Shown here: positions 35,704-48,607 of the stretch, piece after piece
How the letters are laid out: the number at the start of each line of letters is the position of its first letter
Position numbering within the stretch: position 1 is the stretch's first letter
Assembly (NCBI GenBank): GCA_047967505.1
Contig: CM106538.1
DNA length: 64,000 bases
Direction: 5' to 3' (one strand)
Source: Dipteris shenzhenensis
Taxonomy: Eukaryota
Translations under genes and position numbers: made by a program
Notes under the pieces: model-generated
Databases searched by the model: none
Told to the model about the DNA's origin: nothing
Seen by the model: the letters and a program-made list of their open reading frames with translations, nothing else

Positions 35704-37149
35704 TTGATAAGGCATTCAAAAGGTCAATGTAAATCTGATTCTGGATCCTCTGGAGACATGATGGAGGAGCAGCGTAAAAATCTAGAGGAGCAACAAAAGA
35801 TGTTGGTGGAGAAACAAAAGGAAAATATAGGGAATCCTGATCCTACAAAACCAGGGAGAAGGAAGAATACCGACTTGGATGGAGATGGTAAGCAGCAAAA
35901 TCTTTGTTGAAGTTTTCCAATTCCTTTTAGTCTAGTATTGTCATTTGATATGCATTATGTTTGTAGATACTCCGGAAGTTGATGACTCTAGGATAGTGAG
36001 AAAGCCTTTCTCCATTGAATTTATTTGGGTTCCACTGTCTTTTTTACCACGTTGGAAACATCCCCTCATACCTAGGAGTTGGGTAAAGGTATGGGAGTTT
36101 GACTATATCAAATTGGGCAAAGAGATAGTGCAATCACAGCTTGCAGATGGATATCGAGAATTACGTGATTTTTTTGCACTTCTACACCAACAAGGGAAGA
36201 AATGAAACTCTAAACAATGCACATGGAGTGTGGACTATTACATTGTGGATCTTCCCACAGGGTATGCTACAGGTGATAAAGGAGAGGTTCCATCTTGGAA
36301 TGTTATCACAAAAGATCATATCTCCTCTTCCTTGGCCGTTGGTGTAGTTGTGATGGATGACAATGGGTGGACTTTGGTTTTCTGCTCTCCATCTACTCTG
36401 CCTACTATGGAGTGCTATGCAGTAAGATTAAAAATGGAGGTGGCTTGCAGGTAAATTTATTTGTGTTGAACACTTCATGAAGTATTGCGGGTTATAGGCT
36501 AGGGTCTAATGATTCTGGTACATATTGTTTTGTTTCAAGTAGATGGATAGTACAAAGCATGGAACCTCAAGGCATTTTAGACACACTTGGGATTAGTGTG
36601 AAGGTGAGTCTTCAGATGTATGTTTGCTTCTACTTCTATATCATAAATCACATAGAAATTAACTCATGCTTTTTTAAATAGTCTTATGTTTTCCATGCTA
36701 TGGCTATGAGGAGGATAGGACAAAGACCCACATTTAACATGCAATCAGCAAAGGGTGTGGCCTCCATGATGAGGATGAGTTTAGATGGCAACTTGCTTCC
36801 ACATTACTTGCCTTTAGTCCATCGCTCCAAAAGAGTTTGCAAGGGAGGTGCATGGCGTGGATCTCTTGAGAAGAGTCCTGCATTCATACTTATGTTCTTG
36901 GAGATGTTGTGTCCTCCAAATGGTTCCATTCTTGAGATCGGGGTAGGGACAGGACCAAGATTAAGGGCTGCACTCCACTCTGGTCACCCTTGCTTGGTAA
37001 TAGACAATGACCCAAAGATATGTACTGGACTACTTCTAGGAGTGGTGGATGCTATTTATGCAAGTGTGGGATCATTTAAACAGCATTATATGGTCATGGA
37101 TGTCGATGCCGAGGAGGAAGAAATCAATTTTGCTGTGCCATTGGACTAG
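35704..37149 (+). pseudogene. Spliced pseudogene resembling a beta-class DNA amino-methyltransferase (N4C/N6A MTase fold)
   Basis: Three GT-AG introns (35888-35966, 36451-36542, 36604-36681) join the ORFs in frame, with one internal TGA (36203-36205). Motif-IV-like DYYIVDLPTG, then DDNGWTLVFCS, then EKSPAFILMFLEMLCPPNGSILEIGVGTG...AALHSGHPCLVIDND (motif X-I-II-like). The 5' end is uncertain. Confidence 0.65.
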
Positions 37150-38284
37150 TGAGTAAAAAATGTTGTTCTTTATTTTGAATGAATACCTTTCATTTACACA
37201 TGTAAGAGAGTTCTAGAGTTTCATTTTGAAGTGAATTGCCAACTTACACAGAGAGTATGGCCATGCACATGGAAAGGAACGACAAATCATATAACTATGA
37301 GTTGAGGGAAAAGAGGAGATGACTGACTTTATTTGTGGATGACTCCACCGATGAGAATTAGTTTATGGTTATACTTTATGGTCTACTAGACATTAGTGCT
37401 ATCTCACATACATGATATTTATTTTTGGCTATCATTTTGATTCTAAAATTTTGTGACATTATGTGTATGAGACAATAGTTTGGAAAACTTTTTTTGGGTG
37501 CACTCTAGTTTATTAATGCGCAAGTAAAATCTACATTGGAGGTACATATTGTTTTGGCTTTTGGAAACAATCTTGAGCTTCTATTTTGTTGGTTGGCATT
37601 ATTATTTAATGTAAGATTCTATGATATGCATTCCTTTTCCTTCACACGTTATCACTCTTACTTGTTATATTACCTGCATCTGGTAAACTTGTTGCATGTG
37701 GTTTGTAAAATATTCTTTGGCGACTTACATATGGATGAGCAAGCTGAAGTGCACACATACATTTATTGGTTGGATTGGTTCATTGAAATTCAAAATTTAA
37801 ATTACGCTTGTGGGTTACAATTTTTAGTGTGGAATCCTGGATTCATGATCTGGATTTAATGTTCTTTTGGTTAGGAATATATTGGGCAAAACTTCCACAT
37901 CTAATAAAAGTTTTATGCAATATGCTCAAACCTTGTCCATGGATGGAATCACATACATGAGTGGCCAACTTAGAGAAGCAGTCTACTTTGGGTGTGAGGA
38001 GAATAGAGAAAAAAAATAATGAATTTAAAAATATGAATGTTCCGAAAGATAATGTATCATTCTAGGGGGGTTGCAAATGACCTTGACCTGTTTTAACATT
38101 TTCTTGAAATACTATACATGGAAAGTTTGTACTGTTAGAATTGAATAAATATAGTTGGTATTTAACATATGTCACTGTAATAGTGTTCCAATATGATTCC
38201 TTGAATGAATATACATTAAAAAATGTTGCAAAAAGGCTCGCTCGGACTTCTCCGCTCGTGGTTTTCTACTCGGATACCTATAAA

Positions 38285-40158
38285 ACCCCTTGTTGTTGGA
38301 GTCATAATAAAAATTGATGCTTTTGCCATACCCTTATCAAGCTAAAATCACGAAGATAATGAACCTTTGTAGAAAGAAGGGGTTGGTTTAATATCAATCT
38401 AAAGGTTAAGAAGTAAAAATAATATACCTTTGTAGTGAAAACAAGGGGGGTTAATTAAAAAAAAAGTAAAGTACATATACATCTAGAAATGAATTGAATA
38501 AAGGAAAGAATAGTCAATACGAAAAGGAATGAACTTTACACATATAGAGTAATGAGGAAATAATGTGGAAAAGGAACCTATGTCAGTAATTAATAACTAC
38601 AATAAGATTAGTGAAGTATGTAGAAACAAGAAAGAAACAAATTATAACCTACAATAATATTAGTAAAGTAAGTAAAAACTAGAGGGAAGATATTTAAAGT
38701 GGGAGAAAGGAAAGAAATGTATAGAGAGGGGCTAGTTAGATGTGTAAAACATTAAAAAGAGGAGAGGGGGGGTTGTATATATCAAAGGATAGGAGATAAA
38801 GAGTGGGGTTAGGAGAAGAATTGAAGGAAAAAGGGGGGGGGTGGGGACCAATTAACTAAATCCGAGAGGAGAGGGGTTTTTTGAAATAAAAAAGGAAAAA
38901 AGGGGGGCTTTTGAAACAAGAATTAACAAAGGCATAGGCCGCACAAAGAGCAGAGCCATAGAGGAGGGCACAGTTGTGGGGCCACTTGAGAGAGAGGCAC
39001 AGAGGAGGGAGTCAAACTAGTGAGTGAAAGGAGGGGGTTTAATTTCTAGGTATAGCTAGGCTAGTCAAGGCAAGGGAAGTCGAGGAGGTGAGGAGCCCGA
39101 GGAAGCTGAAGAGAGAAGGATGGTAGGAGGTGCACATGAGTTCAAGGATGGTGAGTAGCATTAAGGGCTACTTGTGTGGGTAGAAAGGTTGTGGGTAGGC
39201 CTAGTATAGGGGACATTAAGGGCTTTAGAGAGCCTTTGGACTAATAGGGGAGAATTAGTTTAATAGCAAAATCAAGGGAGAAATTGGTGAAAAAAATAAA
39301 GAGAAATATAGAAACATAGTACAAAATAGAGTAGGGTAAAATAGAAAAAAGGAGTAGGGTAATCAGTGAAAAATCGAGAAACAAAGTAAAGCAATAGAAA
39401 AAAGTAAAAATTTTGTAAAACATAGTTTAAAAATAGGAAAAAATAGAGGGAGATAGGGAGGGTAGGAAGAAAATTAGGGGAAATTAGGGGGAATAGGGCA
39501 AACTTAGGAAAGGTGTTTTCGGAGAAAATTGGGGGGAATTAGGGAGAGTAGAGTAAAATAGGCAAAATTAGGGGGAGAAAATTAGGGAAAAGAGGAGGGA
39601 AAATTAAGGTAAAGTCGGGTGAAATAAAAAGGGGTTTTTTTTTAAATAAAGGAATTATAGGGAGAATAGATATTAGGAGAAAAAGAAGAGGGGGGGGAGG
39701 GAAAAATAAAGTAAATGTAAAGGGGGAATGAATAGGAAGTGTGTGTGTGTGTGTGTACCGAGCTTTGCCCAAGTAGGATACAACACACTAGGTGAGACAG
39801 TAGGTCATCAACTAGTGTGATCACCTATTGTCTACTTGAAGAGAATAAGAAGTATTAAGAAGTACAATGGAAATCAAAGAGAAGTACTTGAGTGAGGTAG
39901 GTGAACAATATGGAAGCAAAGAGGAAAACTAAGTTAGATAAGGGAGTCAAAAAGCTAAATAACAGCCTTGATGACTTAGAGGTCCTATGTGCAATCATCC
40001 AAAGTTGTAGGGGAAAGTGTGTGTGTGTAGTAGACATTTACAACACCCCTTTCCATAGTGAAGAGTATACAAATTTGGAGTAGGAAAGAGAAATGTTTAT
40101 TAGATAAACTTTGCAATAAACATCACAAAAAATGAAGTAGCATCATTAAAGGATGAAC
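38285..40158 (-). repeat. Strongly purine-biased repeat segment; inverted homologue of 24516-25170
   Basis: Reverse-complement matches at both ends to 24516-25170; A/G-rich plus strand with aaattagggg repeats at ~39470-39610. Confidence 0.6.
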
Positions 40159-40162
40159 AATT

Positions 40163-43100
40163 GAAACTTCCTACTATTCGTCTGTACATAGTAGGGTCTT
40201 CCAAAAGCTCACGTGCATTTGCGTTCAGCTTCACATTCTACTCCAAAGGAATTGAAATAGGCTTACAGCCTGTCATCCCATATTTGGACAGCATGTCCAA
40301 TCCATACTGCCTCTACAAGAGTTGTATCCCACTTGGTGATCTAATCACCTCAATGCCCAAGAAATAACGCAGCTCTCCCAAATCCTTCATCTCAAACTTC
40401 TGCTTCAATAGCATTTTCACATGAAGGATATCTTCATCACTATCAACTGTGATGATCAAATCATCAACATAAATAACAAGCAGCATAATACCTTTCTCTG
40501 TATTTCTCACATAAAGTGAGAAATCTGCCTTGGAAATATAAAAGCCAATAGTGACAAGATACTGTCCTATCTTGCCAGACCATGCTCTAGGTGCTTGCTT
40601 CAAGCCATACAAGGCTTTCTTCAACCTACAAACAAACTCAGGATGAACAGCATGAACATAACTTGGTGGCTGCTCCATAAAGACCTCTTCTTGCAAATCA
40701 CCATGCAAGAAGGCATTCTTTACATCCATCTGATGTAAATACCATCCCTTTGATGTAGCCATAGCAATGACTACTCTTATGGTTGCCATCCTTGCAATTA
40801 GACTGAATGTTTCTATATAATCAATGCCATATGTCTGTGCATACCCCTTGATAACTAATCTTGCCTTGTATCTATTCACAGAACCATCTGCATTGTGCTT
40901 CACCTTATAAACCCACTTATAGCCAATTGCATTCTTGTCTTTAGGCAAAGGCACCAATTCCCATGTAGCATTTGCTTCCAAGGCATCCATTTCTTCATCC
41001 ATGGCTTTCTCCCATTTTTCTTTTCCCATGGCTTGCTCAAAAGAAGTGGGTTCTGGTTCTTGTATCACTTTGACCATATAGGCATTGTGAATGGCTGTAA
41101 ATCCATCATATTTCAGCCTATCCATAGGATACCTAGCTCTGGTAGACCTGTGAATAGGTGCACTTCCAGGTGCTCTCAAAACATCCTTGGTCTTCCTTAC
41201 TCCAAGTGTAACAACAGAAGGAATACCCAACTCATCATCAATGCTCTGTTCTGAGCCACTGGATTCACCATCCACATAAGAGTGACCTGCATTCACATCA
41301 AACATGGGCTGATCTACCTTTTCTTTTCCTGTTCATGATACTTGCATACCACTATTTGCATTGCTTTGAGGAGGTTCTCCTGATCTCAATCTTCCTATCC
41401 ATGGCAAAGCATGTGAAGCACTGCAGGTCCACTAATATTTTGTGATTGGTGCTGTGAATTGTGTGCAGCATTACCATTTTTTGCATCTACATCATCAATC
41501 ACATTTACTGGTTCATATGAGCTGCTCATCTCATCAAAAACAACATCTCTACTCACTATAAACTTACGAGTAGAAGGGTTATAGCATCTATACCCTTTCT
41601 GCTGTAGAGAATAACCAATAAGGATAAACTTCTCAGCTTTTGGATCCAACTTGGACCTCAACCCATCTGGCACATGAACATAGGCAATGCAACCAAAAAT
41701 TTTCAAATGAGAAATATCTCATTTCCTACCAGTATACATCTCCTCTGGCATGATGCCATGAATTGCTGCAGTGGGAGTCCTATTCATTATGTAAATTGTT
41801 GTAGCAACTGCTTCAGCCCAATAATAATCTAGTAGGTCTTTTTCATTTAGCATGGCCCGAGATACCTCTCTAATATGCTTATTTTTCCTTTCTACAAGTC
41901 CATTTTGCTATGGGGTATGACTGCATGAATATTGCTGCTTTATGCCATGCTCCTGCAGGAACCTTGCAAATGCATTTAAGAGGTACTCTCCCCCTCCATT
42001 TGACCTTAGGCATTTTATCTGCAGGCTTGTTTCTTTTTCAACCGTAGCTTCTTTTTCCCATCCTGCATAGACAAAGGAATTTTACCAATCTGCACAATAG
42101 GATGTGCAGTATCATCACCAATCTCCACAAATCTTGGTCTTTCCATTTTCCTTGCATCCTGCATCCATTCTGCATGACCTGTCATGTGGTTTGATGCACC
42201 TGAGTCAACATACCACACATCATTGCTTTCTCCTGCACTTGTCATAGAATTGGTCATGTGTTGCACCATAAACAGATGCTCATTTTCGTCATCACCCTGT
42301 CTACTAGAAGATGCATAATTCCCTTGCTGCAATTTTCCATTCATGATGTCATTCTGCTTTTTATAGCAGTCTTTACCCATATGACCCATTTTACCATAGT
42401 AGTAGCATTCTATATTGTTGTTTGTATTTTGGCCTCTCTGCCATCCACCATGACCTCTTTGGCTCCTCCTGCCTCTAGAGTTACCATGTCCTCCTCCATA
42501 GGACTGGTTTTCTCGAGTTTGCTGCATATTCTGATTTCTACCATGGCCTCCAGATCGGCTTGCTCTACCTCTGCCTCTATCTCTTCCAGCATTTGAGTAG
42601 AAGATAGCTTCTTTTGAAGTTCCTCCCGAAGAAGATGCACCACCATTTCTCTGCTCTTTAGAAATTAGAAGAGCAAACAACTCCTCAAAATCAGGAAATT
42701 TTTCATAGATGGCAATGGATGTCCGAAACTATGCATAATCCTTTCCTAGACCATTCAAGGTCATAGAAACTAAATCATCATCTTCCACTAGCAACCCAAT
42801 GGAAGCAGGTGCATCTGCAATTTTCCTCACCTTCATGTGGTAGTCATTGATGCTCATATTTTCTCTCTGCACATTGTGCAACTCCTACTTGAGCTACATT
42901 TTCCTGGCTTGTGTATTTGTGTTGTACATTTTTGCCAAAGTATCCCATGGCTCCTTTGGTGTACTTGCATCCTGAATATGCACAATCATAGAATCTGAAA
43001 TACTGATAGACAGCCAGTACATAACTTTTTTGGCTCTCTCATGCCATCCTTCAAATGCCTGCATTTCTTGTTGATTGGGAACATTAGGAAGAACTGGTTC

Positions 43101-44042
43101 TTCTTCATTTCCTAATGATGAACTCCCAATAGCCTTTTCCCATAAGGAAATTCGTCATTCTAAACTTCCATGCTTGGAAGTTGTTCTTGTCAAGCTTTTC
43201 AATGACAATCTATGAAAGAGAATTAGATGCCATTATAAAACACTGCAAAATATTCTATCACTGCAAAAAACACAGCTTCTGCCTCACAAGGGCAAATCTA
43301 CAAAACTGACGAAAGTGGTATTTGACCACACAGTCACTTCCTAGTGATGATTTTGCATGAACAGGCAATAAGAATGATTCTATAACTCCCAATATCTCTG
43401 TGCACAGGCATACGATGCGATTTCTGTGGCAACTTTTCACCGACCTGCAAAGCAATAGATGCACAGCAAAAACAGGGCCTTTTTCTTAGTGCTTGTGGAG
43501 AACTTCCGCCTCCAAAACGGGCTCCAAAATGGCCTCGAATCAGAAAAATAAAGTCACCAAGGGCTCAGCCCTTACCTGTAGCATATACTGCCCTCTCGCC
43601 ACACCGCGAAGGGCGTCTCAATCTGAGACAATGCACTCTTGCACTTTCTGGCTATGCTACCTGCAGAGATTTACTCCCAAACTCGAAAAAGGAAAGCAAC
43701 ATTGGTCCTCTTACCAGGACACCGTGAACTTGGTTTGCTTTCTTGAGCTCCTTTTTCTCCCAAAGGTGGAGGCTGAAAATAGTTTTCCTCTTCTTAGTTG
43801 TGAAAGCCAAAAGAACTCAAGTACAAAGAAATAGAAGAACCCTATCTGTGGGTCTCAAACCAAACTCAGCTAACTAAGGTGGCATACTAACTGAGCCATG
43901 AACTATAGTACATAAGGATAGCTGTCATGCAACTATTATTCATGGGTGATGTACTAATCGCATCTGCAGCTCTAACAAGTCGGTGACATAAATGCACAAC
44001 GGTCACCCCGGCATATCACGAGTGGAGCTCGATATCTCAACA
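40163..44042 (-). mobile_element. Truncated/internally deleted Ty1/copia family A copy (partial LTR 43761-44042)
   Basis: gag, protease, integrase C-terminal half and RT (ORF 40313-41305, YVDDL). Deletion near 42050; PBS and LTR U5 end deleted near 43755; 3' end missing. Confidence 0.9.
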
Positions 44043-45248
44043 CAACATCTGCTACTCTTACAACTACGTGCAGTTTTGTGCCATCTTCTGTGTGCACTTC
44101 TTTGCTTTTGCACCTACAATCAGTGTGTCTTATGCTTGTGGATTCCTACGCGCATCTGCATCCGTGCATCTTCTAGGTTCCCGCGTGTCTGCATCCATGT
44201 GTCTTCTGGGTTCCCTCACATCTTCTTGTCACGATCGCAAATTCGCGCATCTCAGCTGGCGCATTTGCAAAACCCTAGCCTGTGGTCTCTGCACGTTTCA
44301 AAAACTCTTGTAACCCACACCCTCCATCCTCTTCTTCTTCTCTTCTCCTCTCCTCTCCTTTTATTAAGGAGTGGGAATTAAACCCAAGACCTCCCCATTC
44401 ACAAAAGGAAGACTTACCAATGGGCCAGCAAATAAGAAGTGATCAAAATGTAATGATATTGCTGATATCTGGAAATATCATGAACTGTAGCTCTCTAACT
44501 GTGGAGAGTTTCCTCTTGCTGTGAAAAGCAAAAGTACTTCACTTCATGTGCACTATTTATATCTCATACTAGATTGCAGATTTTGATTTTTTTCAAGTAC
44601 GCATGCCACATGAGGAGGGTCGATATTTATGTGACTTCTCGACAAGTTCAAGGATTTGGTGCTTGGTCCTCTGCTCATTACAGCTACCAATTGGCGAGAT
44701 CTCTTTCTTGATCTTCTTGTCAATCTTCAACAAATGCATTGCTCGAGGAGACAACGGGTGGGATGATACATCGTGGATGGTTCAAGGTGAAGAACTAGTG
44801 ATACACTGGGAGGGCTTTGGTTCCAATTCTACTTAGTGTGGTGATCAAGCTACTTGCTCCATCTCAGGTAATTAAAAGGGTCACATTTTTCCAAGGGTGG
44901 GATGATCCACAAGCTTGGGGTGAGATTTGGTGCATTTGCTTATAAATTCCTATGGATAAGCTCATCTTGAATGATTTCTTCTCGACCTCACTACAAAGGT
45001 TTCTAGGGATCAACTATGGTTGGTGATGTTTCGACCAAGGAATCCCTTTGTACTTAATCAATCCTTTGTGCCACATTTTGGGCTTCATGTTGTAATTCTT
45101 TTTGGTCAAAAGATAAACTATCAACAAAGGATAGTAAGTTTGTTTGGTGCTAAACGTCTTGCTCAAGTATTGAATTCTCCCCACCCTCTTCTTCTACCTA
45201 TCTTGGACTATCGAGAAACTTGGATGTCTGAATTTTAGTCTTGGTGTA

Positions 45249-45630
45249 ATGACATCTTGGATCCTTCAATTTGATGGAGCATACAAACCTTCGACCAAGG
45301 TTGCTAGTGTGGGTGCAAAGCTCACTTCACCAGGGGGTCAGGTGTATTGTTATAGCAAGTCTACACTTGCAAGTACTTGCAACCAAGCTGAGTACTCGGC
45401 ACTCATTTTTGGGCTACAAAAGGCACAAGAACATCACATTAAGCAACTTGAGGTGCGAGGAGATTCTCAACTCATGTGTGAACAAGTTAGTGGAAGGTGG
45501 AAGGTGTGGAGCAAAAGCTTGGTTCCATGACATCAACAAGCATTGGAACTTTGCAAACAATTTGAAGAGGTAAAAATTCAACATATCCCTCAAGCTCAAA
45601 TTTAGTTGCTGATTTCTTGGCACGTGAAGC
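45249..45630 (+). mobile_element. RNase H domain (archaeal-type RNase HI as in Tat-clade gypsy elements), degenerate
   Basis: WILQFDGA...TCNQAEYSALIFGL...LEVRGDSQL...ADFLAR motifs. Confidence 0.75.
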
Positions 45631-45760
45631 TTGTACTTCAATCACGCATGAAATGAGTGGAAGCACAACCCCAACAAAGCCACAAGCCACAAATGAGGGT
45701 GATCATTTGTAAAGAATGCAAAGGTTGTGGTCATCATGAAACTAAGCATTGTGCATATTT

Positions 45761-48607
45761 TGTGAAGATTGTGGGAGAGAGGGAAGGAGTCTCACTTGCG
45801 GCTTTCTCACATGCACAATGGGGGAATACACACAAAGGTGGAGGCTGAAAACAGTTTTCCTCTTCTTAGTTGTGAAAGCCAAAAAAACTCTAGTACAAAG
45901 AAATAGAAGAACCCTATATGTGGGTCTCAAACCAAACTCAACTAACTAAGGTGGCATACTAACTGAGCCATGAACTAGTGTAGATAAGGATAGCTGTCAT
46001 CCAGCTATTATTCGTGGGCGGTGTACCAACCGCATCTCCAGCTAACAAGTCGGTGACATAAATGCACAACAGTCACCCTGGCATATCGCGAGTGGAGCTC
46101 GATATCTCAACACTCCCCCTCGAGCTCAATCCCAATTCCTGCACACCAAGCAGGTCTCTGAACTTGCGCAGCTTCTCTGCGCCCAATGCTTTCGTGAATA
46201 TGTCACCTACCTGATCCTCTGTGCTGACATAAACTAGATCAATAAGACCTAGTAAAACCTTCTCTCGCACATAGTGATAATGCACCTCAATGTGCTTTGT
46301 TCTAGCATGGAAGACTGGGTTCTTTGCCAAGTGTATGCTGCTCATGTTGTCACAATAAATGACAACTGGCCCATCTGTAGACTGATGCATATCATAGAGT
46401 AGCTTATGCAACCAAGCTACCTCACATGCAACCATTGCTGGACCCCTGTACTCAGCCTCTGTGCTCGACAAGGCAACTGTAGGCTGTTTCTTGCTGCTCC
46501 AAGTGACTGCAGCACTCCCAAAAGAGAACACATATCCACTGGTAGATCGTCTATCAGAAATGCTACCAGCCCAATCAGCATCAGTGTATCCATGCAATTG
46601 TATCTGAACCCCAACCTCATAAGATAGGTAGAAGAAGAGGGTGGGGAGAATTCAATACTTCCAGAAGCCCACTTACAGTATGGACTATTTTATGGACCAA
46701 CTTAGTAGGGTCTTCCAGAAGCCCACTTACAGTATGGACATACCTTATAAACCCACTTACAGCCAATTGCATTCTTGTCTTTAGGCAAAGGCACCAATTC
46801 CCATGTAGCATTTGCTTCCAAGGCATCCATTTCTTCATCCATGTCTTTCTCCCATTTTTCTTTTCCCATGGCTTGCTCAAAAGAAGTGGGTTCTGGTTCC
46901 TGTATCACTTTGACCATATAGGCATAGTGAATGGCTGTAAATCCATCATATTTCAGCCTATCCACAGGATACCTAACCCTGGTAGACCTGCGCAAAATAG
47001 GCTCACTTCGAGGTGCTCTCAAAACATCCCTGGTCTTCCTTACTCCAGGTGTAACAACAGAAGGAATACCCAATTCATCATCAATGCTCTGTTCTGAGCC
47101 ACTGGATTCACCATCCACATAAGAGTGACTTGCATTCACATCAAACATGGGCTGATCTACCTTCTCTTTTTCTTTTCGTGATACCTGCGTACCACTATCT
47201 GCATTGCTTTGAGGAGATTCTCCTGATCTCAATCTACCTGTCCATGGCGAAGTATGTGAACCACTGCTAGAGGACACTGCAGGTCCACTGATATTTTGTG
47301 ATTGCTGCTGTGAATTCTGTGCAGCATTACCATTTTGTGCATCTACATCAATCATCACATTTGCTGGTTTATACCAGCTGCTCATCTCATCAAAAACAAT
47401 ATCTCTGCTCACTGTAAACTTACGAGTAGAAGGGTTATAGCATCTATACCCTTTCTGCTGCAGAGAATAACCAATAAAGACGCACTTCTTAGCTTTTGGA
47501 TCCAACTTGGACCTCAACTCATCTGGCACATGGACATAGGCAATGCAACAAAAAATTTTCAAATGAGAAATATCTGGTTTCCTACCAGTATACATCTCCT
47601 CTAGCATCATGCCATGTATTGCTGCAGTGGGAGTCCTGTTCATTATATAAACTACTGTAGCAACTGCTTCAGCCCAATAATAATCTGGTAGATCTTTTTC
47701 ATTTAGCATATCCCGAGATACCTCTCCAATATGCCTATTTTTCCTTTCTGCAATTCCATTTTGCTGTGGGGTATGACTGCATGAATATTGCTGCTTTATA
47801 CCATGCTCCTGCAAGAACCTTGCAAACTCATTTGAGAGGTACTCTCCCCCTCCATTTGACCTTAGGCATTTTATTTGCAGGCCTGTTTCTTTTTTAACCA
47901 TAGCTTTGAAAGCTTTGAAGTGCCCAAACACTTCACTTTTCTTTTTCATAAAATACATTTTTCATAAAATACACCCACATTTTTCTGCTGAAGTCATCAA
48001 TAAATGTGACAAAATAGTGATAGCCTCCAATAGATGCAGCTTTTGTAGTCCACACATCAGAGTGGATTAATTCCAATGGCTTTTTACTCTCTTGAACATG
48101 CCTAGGAAAAGGTTTCCTTGCCTGTTTCCCAAATTGACAGGCTTCACAGACCTTGTGCATTTCTGCAACCTTGACTTTAGGCAATCCTGCAACAATATTT
48201 TGGGCTTGCATTGATTTAAGTCGCTGTATATTAACATGACCAATGCGTTTGTGCCAGATATCAATATCTGCAACTACACCGGTCCCATGTGCAAACATTG
48301 CTGCACTCAATTCAGGCATGTCTGCATCCAACGTAAACATCCTGCCCTTCTTCTTTCCTTTTGCTATCAAGCGACCATTATTTTTCATATCCTCAACAAA
48401 GCATCCATGAGGATTAAATCTGACCTGCAAGCCCTGCTCAACCATCTGACCAACAGAAACCAGGTTCTTGGTGATGTTCGGGACATGAAATACATCAAAC
48501 AAGTATTTCTTTTTCCCATCCTGCATAGACAAAGGAATTTTGCCAATCTGCGCAATAGGATGTGCAATATCATCACCAGTCTCCACAAAACCTGGCTTTT
48601 CCATTTC
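45761..48607 (-). mobile_element. Ty1/copia family A copy: 3' LTR (45761-46112), RNase H, integrase; most of RT deleted
   Basis: LTR matches 17709ff; PPT ctccccctc at 46113; ORFs 46073-46597, 46702-47958 and 47933-48619; RT deletion at 46620-46743. Confidence 0.92.

Noticed and set aside
37536-37859. 107-aa hydrophobic ORF
   Set aside because: AT-rich, TTG start, no motif; likely spurious.
44045-44340. CG-rich segment with short internal repeats and a 129-aa ORF
   Set aside because: The ORF starts inside an LTR and has no motif; the segment could not be assigned.
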